Of a DNA stretch of 64,000 bases, positions 53,572 to 62,423 are shown in pieces. Source of the DNA: a virus (Duplodnaviria; Caudoviricetes); the IMG/VR virus record IMGVR_UViG_2834631226_000004, positions 1 to 64,000 of that record; one strand, written 5' to 3'. How positions within the stretch are numbered: the stretch's first letter is position 1; each line of letters starts with the position of its first letter. The position numbers and the translations under genes were made by a program. The notes under the pieces were generated by a model that saw only the letters and a list, made by a program, of their open reading frames with translations, made no database searches and was not told where the DNA came from.

Positions 53572-54875
53572 TACGCTGCCTCCGAAAACAAATCAGCAGG
53601 ACGATTGTCATTTGCCGGTACTGCCGCTGGATCGTCATCCTTGCTATTCGCGCCGATAGCCCACGCAATCCGGGCCGTAGCGATGGGCATGTATTCGTCC
53701 TCGCGCTCGCAGCCGATAAACTGAAAGCCCTCGAGAACAGCCGCCTTACCCGTGCTCCCAGAGCCCATGAATGGATCTAGGATGATTCCTCCGGGTGGCG
53801 TGATGAGGCGGCAAAGCCACTGCATAAGGGTCGTCGGCTTGACGGTTGGATGGGTGTTGGCACGAGGTTCAGGCTTGTAGCCCTCGTCGCGTCGTGTCAT
53901 GTGCTGCCCGCTCGTATTAGAGACCATGCCGCCGGCTTTCTTCGGCAGGTGGTCTAGTCCTGCATCACGGTCGGCACGGCTGGCCTTGGCACAATAGAAG
54001 AAGCGTGCTGCGGACTTGTCGAGTTCAATGCGTGGGGCAAAGTGATCGCGAGTACCGAAACCGCCATAAATGCCTCGGCTCTCCTTCTCTCCATGCTCCG
54101 GCCCAACCGCTCTCTGCTGCCCGGGAGCATCAGGAAATGCCGCCAGCACCTCGTCGCTGCCGTCGTGGAGAATATTGGCTGGCCAGCGACCAGTTGGCTG
54201 TTGAAAGTCACCCGCCGCCCCGTTTTCGAAACCAGATCCGTCTTTCCAAGCAGACGATTCCGCTCTGCCGCTAGACTGCGCTGCATAAGCGCCACCGCCT
54301 AGTTTTTCATCGGTTTCAACCCGGCAGCCATCCACATTGATCGCGCCCACGCCCCACTCAGCAAGGTTAGCAGCGACGGTGCCAGTCAAAGGTTTGCGCG
54401 CCAGAGCAATAGGCTCCCATGCTGGCTTGAGCGCGGTACCCCAACCCTCCCAATCGCCATGCTGGTTGTGCGACTTCGGGAAGCCAGAACCATACACCCA
54501 GCCCAGTTGATCACGGATCTCAAAGCCTGCATCCTCGATCGCAACAGCCATGCGATGATACGTGCGCGTGCCAGAGAACGCGACGACATGGCCGCCCGGC
54601 TTGAGAACGCGCAGGACTTCAGCCCAGAACTCCTCTGAGAATGCGACTTCGCCGGTGTCCCACTGCTTGCCCATAAATCCAGCTGCTCCGCGACCATAAA
54701 CGTCTTTGGCCGGTGCAGAACCTGGCTTTCCGAAACGCTTCTGGATCGAGACCAGCGCATAAGGCGGGTCGGTAACGACACTGTCGATCGAGTTGTCGGC
54801 GAGGCCGCGCAACACGTCGCGGCAATCTTTTTGATGCAGCACGACTCTTCCGTCGTGCATCGAGGTGATGCTCAC
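53571..54875 (-). CDS. Site-specific N6/N4 DNA methyltransferase, beta class
   Basis: VTDPPY, LKPGG, HPTVKP..L, LDPFMGSGSTG. Confidence 0.9.
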   Translation of the reverse strand: MSITSMHDGRVVLHQKDCRDVLRGLADNSIDSVVTDPPYALVSIQKRFGKPGSAPAKDVYGRGAAGFMGKQWDTGEVAFSEEFWAEVLRVLKPGGHVVAFSGTRTYHRMAVAIEDAGFEIRDQLGWVYGSGFPKSHNQHGDWEGWGTALKPAWEPIALARKPLTGTVAANLAEWGVGAINVDGCRVETDEKLGGGAYAAQSSGRAESSAWKDGSGFENGAAGDFQQPTGRWPANILHDGSDEVLAAFPDAPGQQRAVGPEHGEKESRGIYGGFGTRDHFAPRIELDKSAARFFYCAKASRADRDAGLDHLPKKAGGMVSNTSGQHMTRRDEGYKPEPRANTHPTVKPTTLMQWLCRLITPPGGIILDPFMGSGSTGKAAVLEGFQFIGCEREDEYMPIATARIAWAIGANSKDDDPAAVPANDNRPADLFSEAA

Positions 54876-54941
54876 GTTGTTTTGTCTCCTCAGACTGTGG
54901 TGTTCCCGCCGAAGCGGAAGCCGCGTTGGTGGCGCGGCGGG

Positions 54942-55226
54942 TTATTCTGCTACGGCGGGCCTTATAAGCGCCGCCGCCGCATTGCGAAGGCCTGCGGCAC
55001 TAGCGCCGTGATGGGTGGCGGCGACGGCGGCCTTCAAGTTGACGTGCGAACCGACGCGAATATCATTGGCAATCTCTCGGCAAGCCTTTTCCTGCTTGTC
55101 ATGCCACTGCGCGGCCAACTCGTAGCCGCGCGCCGTTTCTTCCCGCACCTTTGCATTAGCGGCGATGATGCGCGCAGCCTGAACAGCTGCGCTACCATAG
55201 GCGATCATGTAGGTGGGTTTGGTCAT
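54942..55226 (-). CDS. Hypothetical Ala-rich protein
   Basis: 94 aa; ATGA overlap with the upstream gene. Confidence 0.6.
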   Translation of the reverse strand: MTKPTYMIAYGSAAVQAARIIAANAKVREETARGYELAAQWHDKQEKACREIANDIRVGSHVNLKAAVAATHHGASAAGLRNAAAALIRPAVAE

Positions 55227-55744
55227 GCGACGCGAACCGACAACTGCTCGCCTGCCTCACCCATCCGAGCGCCAGGAACATCGGTGCCAGCCTTTAGACG
55301 GTCGGCGATTTCCTTTTTGTCCGGCGCAGTGGTAATTTTCACAACGTCTGACGGCAACAATGCCTCGTCGACGATCTCGACCGACGCAGCCTTCCTGCCG
55401 ATGGAAATCGTCGCCTCTGCCAGAGGTACACGTGGCAGCCCTGCGGCTTTCAGCAACTTGAACATCAGGCTGCGCATCGCTTCCTTGCGCCGCTCGGCGC
55501 GAGACTTGCGCGCTTGCAGATCGGAGATGCGGAGCGCTACTGACTTTGCCAAGCTGTCGGCGTCGCGTTCGCCGTTCACAAGGCGCGTCAGGACGGCGTG
55601 GAAGTTGGTCTCGCCTTCAAGCATATCAGCGCGCAGTTCTTCGTCGGCTTCGAGCTCCGGATAAGCGGCGAGCATGTCCGAGAACAGCGCTTCGAGGTTG
55701 GCGACGTCGGCGGCCAAATAGTTGTCGTTGGCTGGTTTGGTCAT
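55223..55744 (-). CDS. Siphovirus Gp157-like protein
   Basis: D.LEGETN..I..L.ARK.R.E.R..R, PDKK.I..RLK.G..VPGA. Confidence 0.8.
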   Translation of the reverse strand: MTKPANDNYLAADVANLEALFSDMLAAYPELEADEELRADMLEGETNFHAVLTRLVNGERDADSLAKSVALRISDLQARKSRAERRKEAMRSLMFKLLKAAGLPRVPLAEATISIGRKAASVEIVDEALLPSDVVKITTAPDKKEIADRLKAGTDVPGARMGEAGEQLSVRVA

Positions 55745-56109
55745 GCGGACACCTTCACGAAATCGACCGATTCCGAATAGTATCCGTTCGACGAGCCGTA
55801 CCAACGTATGTCCACGTGGCCCTTGATCGTCGCCAGCTTATAGAAGGTCCACGTTCCGCTTTCGCTAGCCTCTGGGGCGTCTTTGCTGGCAACCTCTGCA
55901 ACAAGGATAGGGTTGCCGACGAGACTATCAAGGTCGCCATCAATGTCTTCGATGTAGACCGACTCACAGCAATCCTGCGAATGGTACATCTTGAAGGTTT
56001 CGCCTTCTTGCGTGGTGAAAAACAGTTCTTCGTCGCCAGATCTTCTGACTTCGGCAAGCGTCTTGCCGACAAGCGTGGAAAGGTCCACGCGGTCGTCCCA
56101 GTAGCTCAT
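55741..56109 (-). CDS. Conserved phage hypothetical protein
   Basis: MYH.QDCCESVYIEDI.GDL..L.G.PI..A, WTFYKL.T.KG.V.IRWYG.SNGYYSE. Confidence 0.8.
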   Translation of the reverse strand: MSYWDDRVDLSTLVGKTLAEVRRSGDEELFFTTQEGETFKMYHSQDCCESVYIEDIDGDLDSLVGNPILVAEVASKDAPEASESGTWTFYKLATIKGHVDIRWYGSSNGYYSESVDFVKVSA

Positions 56110-56156
56110 ATCTATCTCCTCAACGTGGTGACGCCATTGGTGTGGCGTAGAGTTTG

Positions 56157-56187
56157 AAGCTATACTGTTTTTACAAATTTGTCAAGA
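56157..56187 (-). promoter_or_regulatory. Phage promoter/operator, copy 2 of the identical 31-bp repeat
   Basis: Identical to 16665..16695; overlaps the last codons of the HNH gene. Confidence 0.7.
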
Positions 56188-56896
56188 CTTCGGCGATAGC
56201 CTCCGCTGTTGCCAACCTGTACGTTAAGAATTCTTCGTGGGTCTTGTCTTTCTTGCTGCAATTGCATGATCGACAGAGAATTTGCAGGTTGTCTGGCCAA
56301 TTTGTCCCGCCACGCGATATGGGGTGTATATGGTCGATGTGAAATTCTTCTTCTGTGGATGCGCCGCAGTATACGCATTTGAATTCTTGAGATTTGTTGA
56401 TGCGATCGATGTCGTCCGGCGTAAATTTCCCATCGGCACCTCGCTCTAAAGACCTGCGATTTGCACCAATGGACCGCCACCTGTCGTAATTTTCATTGAT
56501 CCAAGATGCGAGCCGCGCGCCAGATCGAATACGATACTGCTCGTCAGTGGCCCAAAGCACCCTGCGCAACAGGTTTATCGATTCACGATGGTCTGGATCC
56601 TCTCGCCGCCGGGCCGCATATATCCGGTTCTTCTCGTTCTTTGAGGCCACATAATTAGGATCATTTGCGCGCCTCTCTGCTGCGTACAGCCTGTTTGCTA
56701 GCCTCTCCTTTTCTGCGTATCCTGGCTTTGACCGTTTCTTCGCAGAACTAGCATTCTCACACGATTTGCATCGAGAAAATGGAACTCGCTCTCCCTTCCT
56801 ATTTTTTCGCAGGCCAAATTTCTCCAGCGACTTCCACTCTCCGCATTTTGTGCAAACCTTACCGAGGCCATTCTCTCGGTCGGTATCCTTCGTCAT
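56171..56896 (-). CDS. HNH endonuclease with N-terminal Zn finger
   Basis: KVCTKC..RCKSC; CVYCG..HIDHIHPISRGGTN..NLQILC.SCN..K. Confidence 0.88.
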   Translation of the reverse strand: MTKDTDRENGLGKVCTKCGEWKSLEKFGLRKNRKGERVPFSRCKSCENASSAKKRSKPGYAEKERLANRLYAAERRANDPNYVASKNEKNRIYAARRREDPDHRESINLLRRVLWATDEQYRIRSGARLASWINENYDRWRSIGANRRSLERGADGKFTPDDIDRINKSQEFKCVYCGASTEEEFHIDHIHPISRGGTNWPDNLQILCRSCNCSKKDKTHEEFLTYRLATAEAIAEVLTNL

Positions 56897-57059
56897 ATGC
56901 CCTCATCAACAACGCGATAGCCCTAGGAACGGGCTTTGGATTTGTTTCGCGCTCTATCTCGGAGACTTGTAAAGGTCTGGAATATCCCAGAACGCCGGCT
57001 AGCTGCGACTGGGTTAGTCCCAGACGCTTACGAATGGATCGAAATTCGTCATTATCCAT
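56859..57059 (-). CDS. Small XRE-like HTH protein (paralogue of 45710..45922)
   Basis: EFRSIRKRLGLTQSQLAGVLGY..ALLMRAYDEGYRPREWP; own TTGACG-N17 promoter just upstream. Confidence 0.8.
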   Translation of the reverse strand: MDNDEFRSIRKRLGLTQSQLAGVLGYSRPLQVSEIERETNPKPVPRAIALLMRAYDEGYRPREWPR

Positions 57060-57118
57060 GCACCACCTATATAAGGAATTTTCATTAGTTTCGTCAAGTT
57101 GAGTATATAGAAAATTCA

Positions 57119-58867
57119 TTAGAATGGTACATCGTCCGCCACTAGCGCCTGCCAATCTTCCTCATCACGGTTGTCGTTCGCCGGCGCCTGTCTGTTGTCA
57201 TTATCTGCCGGCACCCACTGCTTGACGTCCCAATACTTGCCGCGTGGGGCGATCATGACCTCGGCCGTGTCGCGCAGTTCTCGCTGCCGCTCGAGCCATT
57301 CCAGCACTGTCTTGGGAAACGGCATCTTGCCGCCATGCGATCGCCAGTAGCGGTCGGCCTTCGACTTGGGGAATCCTTGGTGCTGAGGGCAGATCCATTC
57401 AGATATTGAGGTCATCCCACACATGTACGTGACCTTCACGCTATCGGGCTTGCCTTCTTTACCGGGGTGGTGGCGGAACGTACGCGAGGTCACCGTGCGG
57501 GGTTCTGGCTCTGCCGTCGACATGATCGGTGTATCAGCAGCCGTGGCCGTAATCTTCGGACTGTCATCGATGTCGAACTCGTAGCCGCAGCATGAGCAGA
57601 CGCGCGCCGAAGCATGCACCTTTTCTCCGCAGCCGAAGCGTCCGTTCTTGTCCTCGACGTCGAACGGGCAGACCTTCACTGGTGCTTCGCCGTCGCCCTT
57701 GTTGGGCGTCTTTGGCTGCACCATGTCGACCGGCCCGTGCTTGTCGACGAGACCGGCGAAGTCCAGCACGAGGCACGACGGTTTCGGACCAGCCTTGATT
57801 GCCGCAATGCGCTCCTGAGGCGTGCCGAGAGGCATGCCAGGCGCGTATATGACGCGAGTGCCGCGGCCCATCATCTGCACGTACAGCGAAACTGACAACG
57901 TCGGGCGAAGGGCAGCAATCAGGTCGACACCCTTGTGATTGAAGCCGGTGGTCAACACCGAGTTATTCGTCAGCGCGCGGATCTTGTAGGACTTGAAGTC
58001 CTCGATAATGCGCCGGCGTTCATCCTTCGGCGTTTCGCCGCTAATCATCTCGCAGGAGATGCCGCGCGAACGGATCTCATCACGCACGTGCTCGGCGTGC
58101 TCCACACCAGAGCAGAAGCAAAGCCAGGACTTGCGGTCGGCGCCCTTTGCGACGATCTCATCGACGGCGGAGCGCGTGACGTCCATCTTGTCCACAGCAG
58201 CCTGCAACGCGGATTGCTTATAGTCGCCGCCCTGCCTTCCTACGCCCTTCATATCGAACGTCGTGGCAGTAGCCTTTGACGAAAGCGGCGCGAGATAGCC
58301 GTCAGCAACACCGTCGGCGATGCCGTAGGTATAGACGATCTGATCGAACAAACGATCGTCGCCTTCATCAAGTCGGCCTGTATCCAGCCGGTAAGGTGTC
58401 GCAGTGAGCCCCAGGATTTTCATATCCGGATTGATGGCACGCAAGGCGGCGATGAAGCGGCCGTACATCGTGTTGCTGTTGGCGGGGATCAGATGGCACT
58501 CGTCCACCATCAGCACGTCGATGTGCCCGATGAGCGCAGCTTTGCTGTGCACGGTCTGAATGCCGGCGAAGATGATCTGGCTGCGCGCGTCACGACGGCC
58601 AAGACCGGCCGAGAATATCCCCGCCGGAGCAAATGGCCAAATGCCGAGCAGCTCTAGGTAATTCTGCTCGATGAGCTCAGCGACATGGGTGGCGACAAGG
58701 ATGCGCATGTCCGGCCAGCCTTCAACCAGCCTCTTGATGAGCGAAGCCATGAGCAGCGACTTGCCGCAGCCAGTCGCGAGGTCAACGAGCGGATTGCCAG
58801 CAGTCGTTGACCAGTAGTCGAAAACAGCGTTTTCTGCGTCTTCTTGGTAGTGGCGAAGTTGGAGCAT
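57119..58867 (-). CDS. SF2 (DEAD/DEAH-like) helicase with C-terminal Zn ribbon
   Basis: LATGCGKS, VDECH, GLTATP, LTTGF, QMMGRG.R; ends DDVPF. Confidence 0.92.
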   Translation of the reverse strand: MLQLRHYQEDAENAVFDYWSTTAGNPLVDLATGCGKSLLMASLIKRLVEGWPDMRILVATHVAELIEQNYLELLGIWPFAPAGIFSAGLGRRDARSQIIFAGIQTVHSKAALIGHIDVLMVDECHLIPANSNTMYGRFIAALRAINPDMKILGLTATPYRLDTGRLDEGDDRLFDQIVYTYGIADGVADGYLAPLSSKATATTFDMKGVGRQGGDYKQSALQAAVDKMDVTRSAVDEIVAKGADRKSWLCFCSGVEHAEHVRDEIRSRGISCEMISGETPKDERRRIIEDFKSYKIRALTNNSVLTTGFNHKGVDLIAALRPTLSVSLYVQMMGRGTRVIYAPGMPLGTPQERIAAIKAGPKPSCLVLDFAGLVDKHGPVDMVQPKTPNKGDGEAPVKVCPFDVEDKNGRFGCGEKVHASARVCSCCGYEFDIDDSPKITATAADTPIMSTAEPEPRTVTSRTFRHHPGKEGKPDSVKVTYMCGMTSISEWICPQHQGFPKSKADRYWRSHGGKMPFPKTVLEWLERQRELRDTAEVMIAPRGKYWDVKQWVPADNDNRQAPANDNRDEEDWQALVADDVPF

Positions 58868-59418
58868 ACGAGATTCCAGACCTTGAGATAAACGATTGGA
58901 TTGCAGGGTTATCTGCGCTCGCCGCAATTCTCGCGGCTGCTTTTGCTTTTTCGTCGGCGCGCCAAGCCAAAAGACAAGCGGACGCGGTTCTCGGAGACGT
59001 GGAGCCTGTATTCAGCGCCTATCAGCTACCAGACGATGGGAAAAACTATCGCCACAGGGTCGCCATCGAGATAGTCAACCACAATCGGCTACCGCTCTAT
59101 GTCCAAAGCATCAGGTTGGAGTACCCTGACTGGGTGCTTATTCACCGTGGAGCGGAAGAAGTTCGCGATCTTGTTGCCGCACTTTACGATGTAGTAATCG
59201 AGAAAAAGCGTGAGCACGTATTTGACGTTCCTTTCCGTCTCGCTGGGCGCTTCTCGAGTGATATGCCTGCAGTATCCACAAGCGTTTTCAATGTGAGATT
59301 TCTCGACCAGAACCAGCAGGGCGGTTTTGTACTAGGCTTCATCGTCCATTATCGCATGCATGGATCGAAGCGGGTTCGAGTTGCGTTTGCCTCGACAGGA
59401 TTCGACGTTTTGGACTAA
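58807..59418 (+). CDS. Hypothetical N-terminally anchored protein, antisense moron (start uncertain, probably near 58883)
   Basis: Hydrophobic WIAGLSALAAILAAAFAF segment; fills the gap between the sigma-like and helicase genes. Confidence 0.55.
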   Translation: MTSSRKQRFLRLLGSGEVGAYEIPDLEINDWIAGLSALAAILAAAFAFSSARQAKRQADAVLGDVEPVFSAYQLPDDGKNYRHRVAIEIVNHNRLPLYVQSIRLEYPDWVLIHRGAEEVRDLVAALYDVVIEKKREHVFDVPFRLAGRFSSDMPAVSTSVFNVRFLDQNQQGGFVLGFIVHYRMHGSKRVRVAFASTGFDVLD

Positions 59419-59951
59419 CCAGCCTCCCGCAGCAGCCCAAGCACCCTCGCCCGCTCCTTGATGACGATTTGGCGAACGCGCTCTTTGGTGAGGCCGTGGT
59501 CATTGCCGATGGCCTCCAGCGTCTCACCCATCGCCCTTCGCATCAGCATCGCGCCATTGCGTCCTTCCAGCAGCGAAACAACGCGAGACAGGTCCGTGCC
59601 ATCCTCCTGATGCGGATCAGTGGAACCCGGCAGTTCCTCAAACGCCGAGAGACTGCAGACCTCAGCGGACCGCGACTTGGTGGAGTTGGTGCGAACGAAC
59701 TCCTTCGCCGTACCCCGAACGCAGAGGACGGCCCACGTCCAGAAGGTCTCAAGGCGGCATTCGCGATGACGGCGCAACATGACGACCATCGCCGACTGAA
59801 ACAGTTCGTCGGCCGCGTCTTCGTTCTTGGTGATCTTTCGCGCCAGTCTTCGCAAAGCCGGCTCATAGGCCAGAAGCTTGCGGTCGAACGCGGGACTGCG
59901 CGGATTATTATCATTCGCAGCGACAAGCGGCGTGCGTGCTACAAGCGGCAT
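59415..59951 (-). CDS. ECF/sigma70-like transcription factor
   Basis: LRRLARKI..DAADELFQ..F.TW (region 2-like) and TLEAIG..GLTKERVRQI (region 4 HTH). Confidence 0.7.
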   Translation of the reverse strand: MPLVARTPLVAANDNNPRSPAFDRKLLAYEPALRRLARKITKNEDAADELFQSAMVVMLRRHRECRLETFWTWAVLCVRGTAKEFVRTNSTKSRSAEVCSLSAFEELPGSTDPHQEDGTDLSRVVSLLEGRNGAMLMRRAMGETLEAIGNDHGLTKERVRQIVIKERARVLGLLREAG

Positions 59952-59973
59952 GGTGGTCTCCTCATGTGGTGGT

Positions 59974-60903
59974 TCAGGCGTTGGTGGCGCCATCAATCCA
60001 TGTCGTGCCGTCTCGCAGCACATAAGTGATTGTCTCGGCTTCCTCGTCGCAATCTGTCTGTTCGCCAGGCACGAGAGCCGGAATCGTCAAATGCGTCGGG
60101 CAGCCTTCCTTCTGCTCGTCGAACGAGATCGGCTTTGCCCAGCGCGCGCAGGACCAATGACCGTCTCCACCCATCTCTGGTGAGGAATGGATGCACGACC
60201 GGCAAGTGACGCGTGGCCAAGCGTTCTCTTTGCAGACAGGCTTGTGCTTGCAGAAGGTGCATTCGAACCAATCAGGCGCATCATTGATGCGCGACGGCGG
60301 CTCAGGTGAATTGATGATGCGTTCAAGCCGCGCCAGTAGACGCAGGCAGAACTCCGGATCGTATTCGATGCGCTCGGCATAGAGCGTGTCGTCATCTTTA
60401 CAGCTGACGAGATACAGGCATCGCGACAGGCCGAAGGCGTGCATTCCCAGCTGACATTGTCCGTAGTGAAGCGGCTTTGCCTTCTCACATCCGTCTTTAA
60501 CTATCAGCCTCATACCTTTGGCATTGCTAGACTTAAATTCGAGCAGGTGCTCTGTCTTAGGCGCCTCGACGACGCCCATGGCCTTGCCGTCGCACTTGCC
60601 GCGGACGTGCCCTTGCACCAGCCTGATCTTGTCCTGCTGGCCATAGACATCGACGCCGATGCGCTCGAGGTCGGCAACTAGCCTGTCCTCTTCAATGTTG
60701 CCGGTTTCGAACAGACGCAGCTGCCGGCCGTGGTGCTTTTCCAGCGGTGAGGCCCATCGGAAGGCGTACCAAAGAGCGCGATCGCATGGGTTGTTGGCTT
60801 CGCCAACTGATATGCCGAGGCTGTCCCATGACGAGGCTGCGGCTTCATAGGCTTGGTAGATCGCTCTGACAGTGCTGGATTCTGGCTTGGGTAGTGGGGC
60901 CAT
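59974..60903 (-). CDS. PD-(D/E)XK exonuclease (Cas4/RecB-like phage recombination nuclease)
   Basis: S..PCDR.LWY.FRW, F.TG..EE, G.CDG, LEFKS, H..Q.Q..M, C.FC..K.VC. Confidence 0.85.
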   Translation of the reverse strand: MAPLPKPESSTVRAIYQAYEAAASSWDSLGISVGEANNPCDRALWYAFRWASPLEKHHGRQLRLFETGNIEEDRLVADLERIGVDVYGQQDKIRLVQGHVRGKCDGKAMGVVEAPKTEHLLEFKSSNAKGMRLIVKDGCEKAKPLHYGQCQLGMHAFGLSRCLYLVSCKDDDTLYAERIEYDPEFCLRLLARLERIINSPEPPSRINDAPDWFECTFCKHKPVCKENAWPRVTCRSCIHSSPEMGGDGHWSCARWAKPISFDEQKEGCPTHLTIPALVPGEQTDCDEEAETITYVLRDGTTWIDGATNA

Positions 60904-61106
60904 TAGACGCCCCACCCCATAAACTTCTTGAGCACGTCACCCATTCGCGCCGCTACGCCGCAATGCTCGACCGTCCTGCCGTAGGTGGTCATGTGCTCGC
61001 CGTGCGGCTCTGGGCTGTCGTGGCAGCGACGGGCATAGATGACGACTTGGTCGTAGCCATAATCGTCGGCGATGCGCTTTGCTGCACTGATTGGGATATC
61101 ACGCAT
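60903..61106 (-). CDS. Hypothetical phage protein
   Basis: IPISAAK.IA..YGYDQVVI.AR..H.TTYG. Confidence 0.65.
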   Translation of the reverse strand: MRDIPISAAKRIADDYGYDQVVIYARRCHDSPEPHGEHMTTYGRTVEHCGVAARMGDVLKKFMGWGV

Positions 61107-61296
61107 CGAGCAGCTTCCTTTCGATAGCGTAGCAATCATCGCCGCCGGTATATCCAGAGCTGTCCTTGATGAAGTGCTTTGTGCCGTCCTGCATAGTGAT
61201 GACAAGTTGGGTGCTGCCGTATCCGCGATCCAAGTGGACGCTGGCGACGTGGTCGGTGTTGACCGAAAGTTCTCGTGTCAATCTGGTCAGCGCCAT
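61099..61296 (-). CDS. Hypothetical phage protein
   Basis: TGATG coupling to the clamp gene; small beta-rich ORF. Confidence 0.55.
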   Translation of the reverse strand: MALTRLTRELSVNTDHVASVHLDRGYGSTQLVITMQDGTKHFIKDSSGYTGGDDCYAIERKLLDA

Positions 61297-62351
61297 CAGC
61301 TGACCCTCATAGGCATGCAAACGAGCGTAAGCCCATCAAAGCCGTCGGACGTGATCAGCCCCGGCGTGCCGCTATCCTGCAAGGCCAGCTTGACCGGACC
61401 CGACGGCAGCACGTTGAGCACGTCGCGGACGTATGCCGCATTAAAACCGATATCCATCGGCTCGCCGCTGTATTCCGCCTCAACTTCGTCATTTGCCGAC
61501 GCCTCGCCAGCTGCAACAGCGAGCGCGATGCTGCCGGGCGCAATGCTGAACTTCACGGCGCGGCCACGCTCAGACGACACCGTTGAAACGCGATCGGATG
61601 CCTTCATCAGCGCATCGCGATCGACAGTCACAACGCATTCGTTCGCCTTCGGAATGACGCGCTCGTAATCAGGGAATGTGCCGTCGATCAGCTTCGACGT
61701 GATGCGCACGTCATCCGACACAATGCGGATTTTCTGCTGGCTTATGGCCACCTGCACTTTGCCCTTTGGAAGCAAGCCGACGGTCTTGCGAGGCACAATA
61801 ACGCCTTCGAAGGCTGGCAGCTCCGGGCCGATGTGACGCCCGAGACGATGGCCGTCCGTGGCAACCGCTTCCGACTTGCTGCCGCCCTTGAAGAACACGC
61901 CGTTCAGATAATATCGCGTCTCCTCGGTCGAGATCGCAAACGACACTGGCGCAAACATCGCTGCCAGATCGATTTCGAATTCTGCGTCGAACTTGTCGTC
62001 GCCGAGCGTTGGGAAGTCTTCTGCATGCAACGTCGCAAGAGAAAACCGCGAGCGTCCGGACTTCACCAGCAGCTTGTCGTCGTCGAGCGTCATGGTGATG
62101 TCGCCGGTCGCCTTGCGCGCGATGTCGTTGATCAGCTTGGCGCTAACGCAGATATTGCCGGGCTTGGTCACCTCTGCAGGAACGCCTGCGGTGGCGCTGA
62201 TGTCGAGGTCGGTGGCCGTTATCGCAAGCCCGTCGCCTGCGGCAGCAAGCTGGACACTCGACAGGATGGAAATGGTGGATCTTGCTTCGACGACCTTCGT
62301 CGTGGCGGCAAGCGCACGCGTGAGGTCTTCCTTGTGGATGACAAGGTGCAT
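61296..62351 (-). CDS. dnaN: DNA polymerase III beta sliding-clamp homologue
   Basis: ITATDLDI, ETRYYLNGV, VATDGHRL, LIDGTFPDYERVIP, IGFNA.Y..DVL, MPMRV. Confidence 0.92.
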   Translation of the reverse strand: MHLVIHKEDLTRALAATTKVVEARSTISILSSVQLAAAGDGLAITATDLDISATAGVPAEVTKPGNICVSAKLINDIARKATGDITMTLDDDKLLVKSGRSRFSLATLHAEDFPTLGDDKFDAEFEIDLAAMFAPVSFAISTEETRYYLNGVFFKGGSKSEAVATDGHRLGRHIGPELPAFEGVIVPRKTVGLLPKGKVQVAISQQKIRIVSDDVRITSKLIDGTFPDYERVIPKANECVVTVDRDALMKASDRVSTVSSERGRAVKFSIAPGSIALAVAAGEASANDEVEAEYSGEPMDIGFNAAYVRDVLNVLPSGPVKLALQDSGTPGLITSDGFDGLTLVCMPMRVS

Positions 62352-62423
62352 GGGTGTCTCCTCTGATCGCGGGTTGTCCCGCGCGATGTGTGGTGGTGCC
62401 AGCCGTGGCGAGCGGCAGGCGGG

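Noticed and set aside
50618-54875. Restriction-modification or BREX-type system
   Set aside because: No cognate restriction endonuclease or brx genes; the context is a phage early operon of orphan methyltransferases.
59974-60903. Cas4 / CRISPR locus
   Set aside because: A Cas4-like nuclease is a normal phage recombination gene; no repeat-spacer array or other cas genes were seen in the window.
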